A stretch of DNA of 64,000 nt from Patescibacteria group bacterium (GCA_028710985.1 JAQTTB010000001.1:359397-423396); one strand, 5' to 3'; positions 19,088 to 28,347 are shown, numbered from the stretch's first letter. The notes: generated from the sequence alone by a model not told the origin. Program-made: numbers and translations.

Positions 19088-21055
19088 TCAGAACGACAGG
19101 ATGCCCGTGGAGGTTCTCGTGACGCCGGTGAATGTCCAGCCGGAGTCATAGAGGTTGATCCACGCGCGATGCCGCGGTGTGCCGCGTGTGCCAATGGCGA
19201 AGACCAGGAACTCGTCATTCCAGTCCGGAATCCGGATGAAGTATGACGAGCTGTCGTTCGCATAGCTCGTGCACACTGGGAACGCGGGGTCGGTGTGGTA
19301 GGTGTCCGGATCCCAGACCTGGTCGTCCCAGTCTTCGGACCCGTAGGTCACGCAGAGCGCGCCGATTTCCTCTGTCCCTTCCAGGGCAAAGGGGTTGTCG
19401 CTGAACGCGGCCGCGTGATGAGCCTCGAGCGTGCCGCGGATCTCAATCTCGCGGTAGCCCGACATGGTCCGGCCGGTGATGCTGTACGTGCCCGAGGTCG
19501 TTGAGCTTGAACAGCCCTCGTCCACGGTACCGTCGCAGTCATCATCTGCCGAGTTGCAGGACTCGCCCGGCGGAACGCAGGTCCCCCAGCTGCACGAAGT
19601 ATCGCAGGTCTGGGTGCCGGTCGTTGAGCACGAACTCGTGCAGGTGCGGGTTGAGTAGCGGACGCAGGTGAACGTCTCGTCCGTGAGCCCGTCGGAATCG
19701 TTGTCGCTGCCGTCGCAGATTTCGGTTCCGGATATTGGAGGCGTTGCACCTCCGCAGGAGCCGAGTCCCCACGCCGTAAGCGCGGTGTTTGACGCGGTGC
19801 GGCAGAGATCGCCGGCGAGCACGAGCTGTGTCACATCCATCTTGAGGATTGCTCCCCAGGAGGTGATGACCGCGGGTTTCACCTGCGTGAACCCGCAGAG
19901 CGTGAAGCCCATGGGCTCGCCGTCGCCCGGGTAGTCGAGCGAGAAGCACGCGCTGTCCAGGCAGCCCGTTGTGGCGTCATGGTAGGCCGTGACCCGGTCG
20001 ATGTACTCGCCCGGATTCAAGGGCCGCACCAGCCCGTAGCCGTCGCGCGAGTCCAAGTAGAACGTGCCGGAGAAGTTGACGCATGACCCGATTGCGACCC
20101 CGGAGAGCCGGCTTATCTGGTCCGGCGTGGCCGGCGGCTCCCAGAACGTATCGCAGTCCGGGTCGTCGTCGTCCGTCACTCCGTCGTGATCGTTATCCGC
20201 ACCGTCGGTGCAGACATCCATCTCCGGGAGGGCCGGGCAGCGCAGTGCGAGCCGGGTCGTGCCGCCATCCGAGGCGGCCGCACGGTAGCAGGGCTCCGTG
20301 CTCACGAAGTCGAACTTGGAAAGATCGAGCTCGTACGTCGCCGAACCGAGCTGGAAGAACCAGCCCGTGTCGCCGCCCCGGGTGTACCAGAGGCTGCCCG
20401 GTGTGGCCGTTTCCGACCACGTCTTGCAGATCCGACCGGTCGTGGTTGACCAGCTGTTCCAGCTGCCGAAGGCGCAGAGCGCGCTCGGCCGGCCGGGGAG
20501 TGTGGCGAACGTTCCGGAGAGCATGTCTCCGTAGATTCGCGACTCCACCGCGTCGCCGGGGTTTGAAACCCAGTCGCGGAACTCGGCATAGATCGTGCCG
20601 ATTGGGGCAGGCGGGCCGGGGATTTCCCCGCCATGCGGGGAATCATCGGTCGCGGTGTCCACGGCCGTGTCCGGAGTTGTGTCCGGAACCGTGTCCGTGG
20701 TCGTATCGGTTGCCGTGTCAGTCGCCGTGTCGCAGGTCGTATCCGGCTCGGTGGCCGCATCGTCGGTCCCTGTGTCGGTCGTCGTGTCCGCGGCCGTGTC
20801 AGAATCAGTTGCCGCGTCCGTACCGCCGATGCAGTCCTCCTCGTCCACGAACCCGTCGATGTCGTCGTCCCAGCCGTTGCCGCAGATCTCGGGGGCGGGT
20901 GCGTCGGAATCGGTTCCGGCATCGCAGATCTCGTCCACGAGTCCGTTGCCGTCGTTGTCCACGCCGTCGCAGATCTCCGGGGGCCAGCCCATTGGCTCGT
21001 TGGTGCAGCCAGTGAGCATCCAGATCGTCGCGATCGTCCAAAGCGTCTTCTTCAT
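19088..21055 (-). CDS. secreted lipoprotein (lipobox LTGC) with repeated CxDGxDNDxDGxxDE metal-binding-type motifs and Thr/Asp-rich low-complexity segments
   Basis: Signal peptide MKKTLWTIATIWMLTGC and multiple EICDGVDNDGNGLVDE-type repeats (MopE-like putative metal-binding motif). The family assignment comes from motif recognition only. Confidence 0.7.
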   Translation of the reverse strand: MKKTLWTIATIWMLTGCTNEPMGWPPEICDGVDNDGNGLVDEICDAGTDSDAPAPEICGNGWDDDIDGFVDEEDCIGGTDAATDSDTAADTTTDTGTDDAATEPDTTCDTATDTATDTTTDTVPDTTPDTAVDTATDDSPHGGEIPGPPAPIGTIYAEFRDWVSNPGDAVESRIYGDMLSGTFATLPGRPSALCAFGSWNSWSTTTGRICKTWSETATPGSLWYTRGGDTGWFFQLGSATYELDLSKFDFVSTEPCYRAAASDGGTTRLALRCPALPEMDVCTDGADNDHDGVTDDDDPDCDTFWEPPATPDQISRLSGVAIGSCVNFSGTFYLDSRDGYGLVRPLNPGEYIDRVTAYHDATTGCLDSACFSLDYPGDGEPMGFTLCGFTQVKPAVITSWGAILKMDVTQLVLAGDLCRTASNTALTAWGLGSCGGATPPISGTEICDGSDNDSDGLTDETFTCVRYSTRTCTSSCSTTGTQTCDTSCSWGTCVPPGESCNSADDDCDGTVDEGCSSSTTSGTYSITGRTMSGYREIEIRGTLEAHHAAAFSDNPFALEGTEEIGALCVTYGSEDWDDQVWDPDTYHTDPAFPVCTSYANDSSSYFIRIPDWNDEFLVFAIGTRGTPRHRAWINLYDSGWTFTGVTRTSTGILSF

Positions 21056-21091
21056 GATCTTCTTTCTCCTATGTTGCTATCTTGCTGTTTC

Positions 21092-21195
21092 AATGTACTC
21101 TTCATGAACCCACCATCCCAATGATGGCGGACTCATGTGAGTGCGCGACTGATTCAGGGGATGAATCATTATGTCGCGCAAGTTGGTGTGAAAGA
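21092..21195 (-). promoter_or_regulatory. 104-nt conserved leader, copy B (upstream of the lipoprotein gene); contains a GCGCGAC...GTCGCGC hairpin and a short uORF whose stop overlaps the main ATG
   Basis: About 98% identical to 22342-22445. Each copy sits directly 5' of a minus-strand Cys-rich gene. Confidence 0.6.
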
Positions 21196-21200
21196 GCAAT

Positions 21201-22304
21201 CTATTTATTCTGTGCTGCCTTTTTCTTAGCACGGCGTTCACGCGCGTAGCAGGTGCCGCAGACAGGTCCTTGGTCATTCCGTATTTTCACCGGCCTTACC
21301 TTGTGGCAGCAAATGCATTCTTCCTCAGACCGCTTGTAGCAGTTTACGCAGACAGGTCCTTGGTCAGTCCGCTGATTAACCGGCCTTACCTTGTGGCAGC
21401 AAATGCATTCTTCCTCAGGCCGCTTGTAGCAGTTTACGCAGACAGGTCCTTGGTCAGTCCGCTGATTCACCGGCCTTACCTTGTGGCAGCAAATGCATTC
21501 TTCCTCAGGTGGTTGGTAGGCCTTATAATAGCAACTTGCGCATATGGGGCCGTCATCAGTACGTTTATGAACAGGCTGCTCTTTATGGCAACGAACGCAT
21601 TCTTCTTCAGGCGCTCGGTAGCATCTATCACAGACAGGGCCGTCATCTAAGCGCTTCCTAACTGTTCTTACCCGATGGCAGAGTATGCACTTTTCTTTAG
21701 GGCGTAGGTGAGTCTTTCTGTAGCAGGCATCACAGATTGGACCCTCGTCCGTGCGCTGAACCACGGGCCTTACCCTATGGCAACAAATGCATTCTTCTTC
21801 CGGGCATTTATAGCAACAGTCACAGATTGGACCCTCGTCCGTGCGCTGAACCACGGGCCTTACCCTATGGCAACAAATGCATTCTTCTTCCGGGCGTTGG
21901 TAGGTTTTATTGTAGCAGCTTGCGCAAATGGGGCCATCGCTCGTGCGCTGCAAAACCGGCCTTACACTGTGACAGCGAACGCATTCTTCAAGGGCCGTAT
22001 GGTAACACTTGCCGCAGACTAGGCCGCCGTCCATGCGTTGAAAATTAATTTCGCTCCTTTCGTTGCAGACGCAGCAAATATCAATTTTCCTGTGGGACTC
22101 CAGGCCGGCGCATTGCCGACAGACGAGCGCGCCGGTTTGATTGAAATATTTTAGCGCTCGCAGATTATTGCAGTCCGGACATTTGCTCCGGGGCTTTGGC
22201 TGGCCTTGGCCCTCGCGTCGTGTTGGCTCGTGCATGCGCACGCAGTCTTCGTCTCCACAAACCGGGCAAATATGCCCGTGCGTTTCAGTGTGATTCTCGC
22301 ACAC
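21201..22304 (-). CDS. tandem zinc-ribbon-like repeat protein (367 aa; about 10 repeats of C-x-C-C-H-x10-GP-x-C-x2-C-Y)
   Basis: The protein repeats EEECICCHKVRPVNQRTDQGPVCVNCYKRP. The underlying 99-bp DNA repeats at 21289-21486 are near-identical. Probable GTG start. Confidence 0.65.
   Translation of the reverse strand: MCENHTETHGHICPVCGDEDCVRMHEPTRREGQGQPKPRSKCPDCNNLRALKYFNQTGALVCRQCAGLESHRKIDICCVCNERSEINFQRMDGGLVCGKCYHTALEECVRCHSVRPVLQRTSDGPICASCYNKTYQRPEEECICCHRVRPVVQRTDEGPICDCCYKCPEEECICCHRVRPVVQRTDEGPICDACYRKTHLRPKEKCILCHRVRTVRKRLDDGPVCDRCYRAPEEECVRCHKEQPVHKRTDDGPICASCYYKAYQPPEEECICCHKVRPVNQRTDQGPVCVNCYKRPEEECICCHKVRPVNQRTDQGPVCVNCYKRSEEECICCHKVRPVKIRNDQGPVCGTCYARERRAKKKAAQNK
21289..21486 (-). 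repeat. two near-identical 99-bp tandem repeats (plus diverged copies up to about 22000) inside the Zn-ribbon repeat gene
   Basis: ccggccttaccttgtggcagcaaatgcattcttcctcag... repeated with 1-2 mismatches. Confidence 0.85.
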
Positions 22305-22341
22305 GGCATACCTACCTTTCTGTGGTTAGATTTTGTTGTCG

Positions 22342-22445
22342 AATGTACTCTTCATGAACCCACCATCCCAATGATGGCGGACTCGTGTGAGTGCGCGACT
22401 GATTCAGGGGATGAATCATTATGTCGCGCAAGTTGGTGTGAAAGA
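22342..22445 (-). promoter_or_regulatory. 104-nt conserved leader, copy A (upstream of the Zn-ribbon repeat gene)
   Basis: See 21092-21195. Confidence 0.6.
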
Positions 22446-22446
22446 A

Positions 22447-22797
22447 CTAGTCGTCTCCGCGGCGGAGACGGTCGTAGCGAATCCGGTTGTATGCCCACTG
22501 GACGTGCCGCTCGTCGTAGCTCTCGCCCGGGTTGGGCAATGGCCGACCGCCGGGGAAAAGGCCGGTCTCGGGGTCGAACTTCTTCGGCCTGGGAAGCTTG
22601 GGCCGGCGGGACTGTTTTACAATCCGGTTGTAGGCCATGACCGGCAATACGGCCGGGGCGAGGAACACGAGGAATATCCGGTCGAGGATGTCGGTCGTCT
22701 CGCGTCCCATGCAGAACGCGCCGATGGTCCAGCAGATGATGTTCCATGGTGGGGTGACGAGGGCGGCGATGGTGAGAATTCTATAGAAAGCGCGCAT
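22447..22797 (-). CDS. small membrane protein (116 aa)
   Basis: Two hydrophobic helices at the N-terminus. Last gene of the GC-rich island. Confidence 0.45.
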   Translation of the reverse strand: MRAFYRILTIAALVTPPWNIICWTIGAFCMGRETTDILDRIFLVFLAPAVLPVMAYNRIVKQSRRPKLPRPKKFDPETGLFPGGRPLPNPGESYDERHVQWAYNRIRYDRLRRGDD

Positions 22798-23195
22798 GCT
22801 CTTCCTTTCCTAGAGGCAATGCCTCCCTCTTTGGCAAATGGCTTGTAAAGAACGACTCTGGGAGAGAGTATTTTTTATTGCCATCGGCCAAAGGGGGAGA
22901 CCCGCCTCAAACAAAAAGGCGAAGTCAGCTTGGGAAGAGTATTTCCAGTCTAACTTCGCCCATATAGCCAAATCCGGCTATATTTTGCGATTATTTATGA
23001 TATTTCTCTCTCCCCGATATTTGATTGTTAACGGGGTATAATATCATATTTTTGCGATTTTGTCAAGAGTGGCCGCCGGCCGAGCCGGCGGCAATTTTAA
23101 GTTGTAAATTTTAAATTTTAACTCAAATCCCAATTTTAAATGATAAATTACTTAATGTCGGGTCGCTTCGCCATTAAAGCATTCAAAATTTTTCA

Positions 23196-23240
23196 TTTAA
23201 AATTGAATTAAAATTTAAAACTTAAAATTTAAAATTAAAA
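23196..23240. repeat. AT-rich 41-bp unit tttaaaattgaattaaaatt|taaaacttaaaatttaaaatt: the 'empty site' version of 36106-36170
   Basis: The same unit at 36106-36170 carries the 20-nt palindrome exactly at the marked junction. Confidence 0.8.
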
Positions 23241-23894
23241 TCACGCTGATTTTTCCCGCCATTTCTTGATTTTTGCGTGATCGCCGGAAAGCAGGATTTT
23301 GGGCACTTTTTTGCCCTTATAATTTTCCGGCCGGGTATATTGGGGAAACTCTTTATATCCTTTCTTGGAATAGGTTTCTCCTTCAAGCGATATCTCGCAT
23401 CCGATTGTCCCGGGAATGTGCCGGCCGACCGCATCGGCAATAATCATGGCAGCCAGCTCTCCGCCGGTAATAATATATTCGCCGACGCTAAGCTCTTCAT
23501 CCGCCACGAGTTCGCTGACCCGTTCATCGACCGATGAATAACGCCCGCACAAAAATATCAGCTGATCATAATTTATGAGCCGCGGCACATCTTTTTGCGA
23601 AAAAATATTACCCCGGGGAGAGAGCAATATTACGCGGGTTTTTTTACCGCGTTTTTTTACTGCTTTAACCGCCCGGTCAAACGGTTCAACCATCATTACC
23701 ATGCCGGCGCCGCCGCCGTAAGGCTGATCGTCAACCGACCGGTGCCTGTCACTGGTCCATTTTCTAAGATTGTGCACCTTGATTGTAATCAATTTATTCT
23801 TAACCGCCTTGCCCAAAACACCAACCTCGAAATAAGGCTCAAACACTTCGGGAAAAATCGATATAAAATCAAATTGTATTGTTTTTTTCTTCAT
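23241..23894 (-). CDS. trmD: tRNA (guanine37-N1)-methyltransferase
   Basis: SPOUT fold motifs (...GGGAGMVMM...LLCGRYSSVDERV...). It lies in an rpsP-KH-trmD operon. Confidence 0.9.
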   Translation of the reverse strand: MKKKTIQFDFISIFPEVFEPYFEVGVLGKAVKNKLITIKVHNLRKWTSDRHRSVDDQPYGGGAGMVMMVEPFDRAVKAVKKRGKKTRVILLSPRGNIFSQKDVPRLINYDQLIFLCGRYSSVDERVSELVADEELSVGEYIITGGELAAMIIADAVGRHIPGTIGCEISLEGETYSKKGYKEFPQYTRPENYKGKKVPKILLSGDHAKIKKWREKSA

Positions 23895-23966
23895 ATTTTT
23901 AACAAAAAACGCGGTATCTACATGATACCACGTTTTTGCCCCAATACTAAGGGGAAATGTTTGAAA

Positions 23967-24290
23967 TTATATGCTGAGGTCGTCAACAGCCGAAGTGTCG
24001 ATGTCGGCGTTTTCTGGCCTTGGTCTGGGTCCGCGGCCGCCTTCCGGCTCGTTGATCTTGAGGTTAACGCGAGCGTTGTTTTTCGCGCCAACGATCTTGA
24101 GGAGCGTGCGGATTGAGCGGGCGGTCTGGCCCTGCTTGCCAATAACATAGCCCATGTCGGCCGGATTCAGGAAAAGGGTGATTAAGACGCCGCGCTCGTC
24201 GACCGTGCGCTCGGTCTTAACATCCTTGGGGTTATTGACGATGCATCTTACAATTGTTTCAACAAATTCTTGATCGTCGTATTTCGCCAT
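23967..24290 (-). CDS. KH-domain RNA-binding protein (YlqC/KhpA-like)
   Basis: GYVIGKQGQTARSIRTLL matches the KH GxxG motif. Confidence 0.8.
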   Translation of the reverse strand: MAKYDDQEFVETIVRCIVNNPKDVKTERTVDERGVLITLFLNPADMGYVIGKQGQTARSIRTLLKIVGAKNNARVNLKINEPEGGRGPRPRPENADIDTSAVDDLSI

Positions 24291-24431
24291 ATCATTAATT
24301 TATGTGTAAGCATTTTAAGGTTCGAGACTTTCGACCGGTTTTTCCGCTATTTTGAGCGGAATCAAGCCCCGTTATAAAAAATATATCAAAAACCGGCCGC
24401 TGTGTCAATTGGCCGGTTTTGGTTTGTAATG

Positions 24432-24941
24432 TTACGCCTTTGGCTCCTCGGCGGGTGCTTCTGCCGGGGCCGGAGTTTCTGCCGGAGCGGGCGTTTCTGC
24501 AGCCGGAGTCGGAGTTTCCGGTACTGGTGCCGGGGTCTCTGCCGGAGCGGGCGGTTCGGGTTCCGGAGTCCCGACCGCTGTCGGGACTGCCGCGGCGGCG
24601 GCGGCTTCAGCCTTGGCTTTATCGGCTTCAGCCTTGGTTTTGGCTTCGGCAATTCGGGCGCGGCGCCGGTCCGATACTTTAACGCTCTTGCGTTTTTTGC
24701 CGGAAATAATTCCCTGGCTCACGAGCAAATTGTGCACCGTGTTTGAAGTCTGGGCGCCCCGCTCAATGTAATATTTGATGCGTTCAATATTGAAATTAAT
24801 GACTTTTTCTTTGGCGCGGGGATTATAGTTTCCCAGATTTTCAAGAACCCGGCCCCAGGGATCGCGGCTTTTTTCCGAAATAACCAGGCGGTAGGTCGGC
24901 TGTTTTACCTTGCCAACTCGCGCAAGTCGGATATGAAGCAT
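24432..24941 (-). CDS. rpsP: 30S ribosomal protein S16 with an Ala/Pro/Glu-rich C-terminal extension
   Basis: MLHIRLARVGKVKQPTYRLVISE... is a typical bS16 N-terminus. Confidence 0.9.
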   Translation of the reverse strand: MLHIRLARVGKVKQPTYRLVISEKSRDPWGRVLENLGNYNPRAKEKVINFNIERIKYYIERGAQTSNTVHNLLVSQGIISGKKRKSVKVSDRRRARIAEAKTKAEADKAKAEAAAAAAVPTAVGTPEPEPPAPAETPAPVPETPTPAAETPAPAETPAPAEAPAEEPKA

Positions 24942-25017
24942 AATTTAAGATGAAAATTTATTGATTATTTTGAGCACTTATGCAGCAGGGCTATTATAGA
25001 TAAAACCCGGTTTTTCG

Positions 25018-27261
25018 TCAAGCCTTGGCCGCGGCTTCCTCGAGCTTCACGGAAAGCATTTTTGAAACCCCGTCATCGCCCATGGTGACGCCGTAAAGAA
25101 CGCGCGCCACGTCCATGGTCGCGCGGTTATGCGAGATCACGATGAACTGGGTCTTCTTTGAAAGCTCATCAATGATTTTTGAGAATTTTATTGAGTTGGA
25201 CTCATCCAGCGCGGCGTCAACCTCGTCTAAGACGATAAACGGCGACGGATTGTTGGTCATTATCGCGCAAATCAGGGCAATCGAAGTAAGCGCGCGCTCG
25301 CCGCCGGAGAGCGCGTTGATGGATTTCAGGCGCTTGCCCGGGGGAGTGGCCTGAATCTCCACGCCGGTGATGATTTTTTTCTTGGCCGCGGGCTTTTCCT
25401 CAAACGGCATTTCTTCGGGCGCCTCTTCCCCGACGTTCCGCTCCGCGGAAGTCGGGGCCTCGGCCTCTTCCGGCTCCTCGTCGGTTATTTCTTCATTCAC
25501 CTGGATAAGTCGCGCTTCGCCGCCGCCGAATAGGAGTTTAAAATATTTTTCAAATTCGCGGTTCAGGTTGCGGAACGCGCTTTCGCTCTGGGCTTTTATT
25601 TTTTGGTCAAGCTCGCCGATGATTTGCTCGAGCGAATCAATCGCTCCGGAGAGATCCTTGGTTTGGCCTTCGAGATATGTAAATCGTTCCTGCGTCTCGT
25701 TGTATTCGGCGAGTGTCTCGGGATCAATCGCGCCGATGAGGTCAAGCTGATGTTTGAGCCGCGCCATCTCCGGATAGATCGCTTCGGGTGAAACCGATTC
25801 GGTCGGCACGTAAGATTTCATTTCTTCGGCGCGCTCGGCCAGATCCTGCCGCATTTCCTGTTCAAGCGATTCTCGTTTTGTCTCAAAGCGGGCTTGTTCT
25901 ATCTTCACGTCGTTCAGCCGCGACTCCAGATCGTGCACGCGTACGCCTTTTTCCTGCAGTTCGCGCTGAATGGAAAAAAATCGGCCGCGTTTTGCCTCTT
26001 CGTCTTTATTGAAATTGGTAATTTTTTGCTGGACCGCGGAAATTTTGTTGTCAATCGCAATGAGTCCCTTGGCAATCTCTTTTAGATCTTTTTCCATGCC
26101 CGGGTCGAGCGCCATCGCCTGGTCAGGCTGTTTTAGTTTGGCGAGCAGGTCTTTGATTTTTTTTGCCAGGGTCCGGATTTTTTCCGGCGCATCTCCGCCT
26201 GCTTCAATCGCGCGCATCGCCTCTTCGCCCAGGGCGTCAATCTCTTCAAGTTCGGACAGGATCATGGCCACGGGCACGGGCGGCGCCTTTTTTTCCTTGA
26301 GGCTCGCGAGTTCGATTTTTCTCTGCAGATCAAACTGCTTTTCGCGCAGAGCGGATTTCTCGTTCATGAGCTGCTGGTAGTCGTTCTGCAGGCCGGAGAA
26401 CACGTCGCCCCGCGGCTCTTCGCGCTCCATTTTGGAAAATTCGGACTGCAGGGTCTCAAGCCGGCTTTTGGCGTCAATGAGTTCCTCGTCAATCACTTTG
26501 TAATTCCGTTCCTGGATTACGATTTTTTCGGAAATATCTTTCCATAATGTGCCGTAATATTTTTTCTGGAGTTCGCCGAGCTCGGCCTCGGTTTCTTCGC
26601 GCCGTTCCAGCCTTTTCGCGAGCCGGGTGAGCGAGCGGAGCCGCGGCTCGATTTCCTGCATCACAAGCAATGCCTGGTTCAGATTTTCGCGGCTTGCTTC
26701 AAGTTTATTAACCGACGACTGTCTTTTTATTTGATATTGTTTGACCCCGGCCGCTTCATCAAAAAATTCTTTGCGCTCCTGCGGGGTAGCGACCAGGATA
26801 TGATCAACCATGCCCTGGCCGATGACCGCGTAGCTCCGCTGGCCGAAGTTTGCCTGCGCGAGCAAGAGCTGGATGTCCTGGAGACGCGCCTTGTTGTTGT
26901 TGAGGTAGTATTCGGTCACGCCGTCGCGGTAGAGCCGCCGCGTGATCACGAGTTCGGAATAATCAATATCCGCGGCGCGGTCTTCGTTATTGAGATACAG
27001 CGAAACCTCGGCAAAGCCGGCGCGGCTGCGCTTCGGCGTGCCCGAAAAAATCACGTCTTCGCTTTTCTTGCCGCGAAGAAGCTTGAGGCTCTGCTCGCCC
27101 ATTGCCCAGCGCACCGCGTCCGCGATGTTGGATTTGCCCGAGCCGTTCGGCCCGACAATCGCGGTGGTGCCCTTTTTGTCGCCGGCGGGCGCTAGGAATT
27201 CCAGGGTGGTTTTGAGCGCAAAGGTTTTAAAGCCTTGGAGCTCCAGTCTCTCTAAAAACAT
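25018..27261 (-). CDS. smc: SMC-family chromosome-segregation ATPase (short form, 747 aa)
   Basis: N-terminal Walker A GPNGSGKSN, C-terminal signature LSGGE and Walker B VLDEVDAALD, and long coiled coils. Confidence 0.8.
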   Translation of the reverse strand: MFLERLELQGFKTFALKTTLEFLAPAGDKKGTTAIVGPNGSGKSNIADAVRWAMGEQSLKLLRGKKSEDVIFSGTPKRSRAGFAEVSLYLNNEDRAADIDYSELVITRRLYRDGVTEYYLNNNKARLQDIQLLLAQANFGQRSYAVIGQGMVDHILVATPQERKEFFDEAAGVKQYQIKRQSSVNKLEASRENLNQALLVMQEIEPRLRSLTRLAKRLERREETEAELGELQKKYYGTLWKDISEKIVIQERNYKVIDEELIDAKSRLETLQSEFSKMEREEPRGDVFSGLQNDYQQLMNEKSALREKQFDLQRKIELASLKEKKAPPVPVAMILSELEEIDALGEEAMRAIEAGGDAPEKIRTLAKKIKDLLAKLKQPDQAMALDPGMEKDLKEIAKGLIAIDNKISAVQQKITNFNKDEEAKRGRFFSIQRELQEKGVRVHDLESRLNDVKIEQARFETKRESLEQEMRQDLAERAEEMKSYVPTESVSPEAIYPEMARLKHQLDLIGAIDPETLAEYNETQERFTYLEGQTKDLSGAIDSLEQIIGELDQKIKAQSESAFRNLNREFEKYFKLLFGGGEARLIQVNEEITDEEPEEAEAPTSAERNVGEEAPEEMPFEEKPAAKKKIITGVEIQATPPGKRLKSINALSGGERALTSIALICAIMTNNPSPFIVLDEVDAALDESNSIKFSKIIDELSKKTQFIVISHNRATMDVARVLYGVTMGDDGVSKMLSVKLEEAAAKA

Positions 27262-27291
27262 ATTGATAGATTATAGCGAAAATCCGCTCTA

Positions 27292-27320
27292 TTGACAAGG
27301 AAAATATCCAGCGTTATAAT
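27292..27320 (+). promoter_or_regulatory. consensus sigma70 promoter (TTGACA-17-TATAAT) for nrnA
   Basis: Perfect hexamers with a 17-nt spacer, about 25 nt upstream of the ATG at 27343. Confidence 0.6.
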
Positions 27321-27342
27321 GCCGGATTGAATATTCAGCCAT

Positions 27343-28305
27343 ATGACGCAAGAAATCACAAGCCAGCGCATTTTTAGCCGCATTATGGGGGCCAAAAGCC
27401 CGCTTTTTGTGATTCACAAAAAACCGGACGGCGATGCCATCGGTTCGGCGCTCGCGCTCGCGCACTGGCTGGAGGAATCGGGCCGGCCGGCGCCCGTGTT
27501 TTGCCGCGATCCTGCCCCCGGACATTATGATTTTTTGCCGCGTTTCGGAAATATTACCGCGGATGAGGAAATTTTTTTCCAGCCCGGCGTTGATCTCATT
27601 GTGGTCCTGGATTCCGGAGACGCCATGTACGCCGGCGTGCAGGAAATTTTCGCGCGCCTCTCGCCGGAGATTACGGTTATAAACATTGATCACCACCCGA
27701 CCAATCAGCATTACGGCGAGCTCAATCTGGTTGATGCCGGCGCTTCGTCAACCGCCGAAGTGATTTATAATTTTTTTGTGCATAACGGCGTGCGCGTTGA
27801 TAAGTACATGGCGACCGCCCTGCTTTCCGGCATTCTGACCGATACCACGAATTTCACCAATCCCGCCACCACGGTAAGTTCAATGAGCGCGGCTTCGGAT
27901 CTTGTGGGTTTGGGCGCGCGTGCAAACGATATTTCAAAATATCTGCTTAAGAACAAATCAATTGATGCGCTCCGCCTCTGGGGACGGGCGCTCGCGCGGC
28001 TTGAAGAAAACAAGCGGTTCAACATGGCGATTGCGGTCATCAAGCGCGAAGACCTTGCCGGCATTGAGGCCGAAGCCGAAGCGGTTGAAGGCGTGGCGAA
28101 TTTTTTGAACGCGCTTTTGAATGTCAAACTCGTCATGGTTCTCCGCGAAACCGAGGACGGATATGTCAAAGGCAGCATGCGCTCCACCGATGCCGATGTT
28201 TCGCTCCTTGCCAAAGCCATGGGCGGCGGCGGTCACAAAAAAGCCGCCGGTTTTTCGGTCCGCGGCCGGCTTGATAAAATTAATGGGCAATGGACAGTCG
28301 TATAA
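27343..28305 (+). CDS. nrnA: DHH/DHHA1 phosphoesterase (NrnA-like oligoribonuclease / pAp phosphatase)
   Basis: DHH motif VINIDHHPTN and a DHHA1 GGGH motif near the C-terminus. Confidence 0.8.
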   Translation: MTQEITSQRIFSRIMGAKSPLFVIHKKPDGDAIGSALALAHWLEESGRPAPVFCRDPAPGHYDFLPRFGNITADEEIFFQPGVDLIVVLDSGDAMYAGVQEIFARLSPEITVINIDHHPTNQHYGELNLVDAGASSTAEVIYNFFVHNGVRVDKYMATALLSGILTDTTNFTNPATTVSSMSAASDLVGLGARANDISKYLLKNKSIDALRLWGRALARLEENKRFNMAIAVIKREDLAGIEAEAEAVEGVANFLNALLNVKLVMVLRETEDGYVKGSMRSTDADVSLLAKAMGGGGHKKAAGFSVRGRLDKINGQWTVV

Positions 28306-28347
28306 AAAAATGCTACATTCTATATATAAAATATTAATAAATTTAGT

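Noticed and set aside
19295-21124. Arg/Pro-rich plus-strand ORFs (for example 20083-21015 at 310 aa, 20633-21124) and other antisense ORFs in the GC-rich island
   Set aside because: They are antisense shadows of the 655-aa lipoprotein gene. Such ORFs are typical high-GC artefacts.
23071-23100. GCCGCCGGC-CGA-GCCGGCGGC hairpin as a terminator for the GC-rich island
   Set aside because: It is on the wrong side for the minus-strand island genes and lacks a proper T-run. It is noted only as a boundary hairpin.
25115-27295. Plus-strand ORFs antisense to smc (for example 25367-25750, 25970-26380, 26731-27195)
   Set aside because: They sit inside a well-supported SMC gene on the opposite strand.
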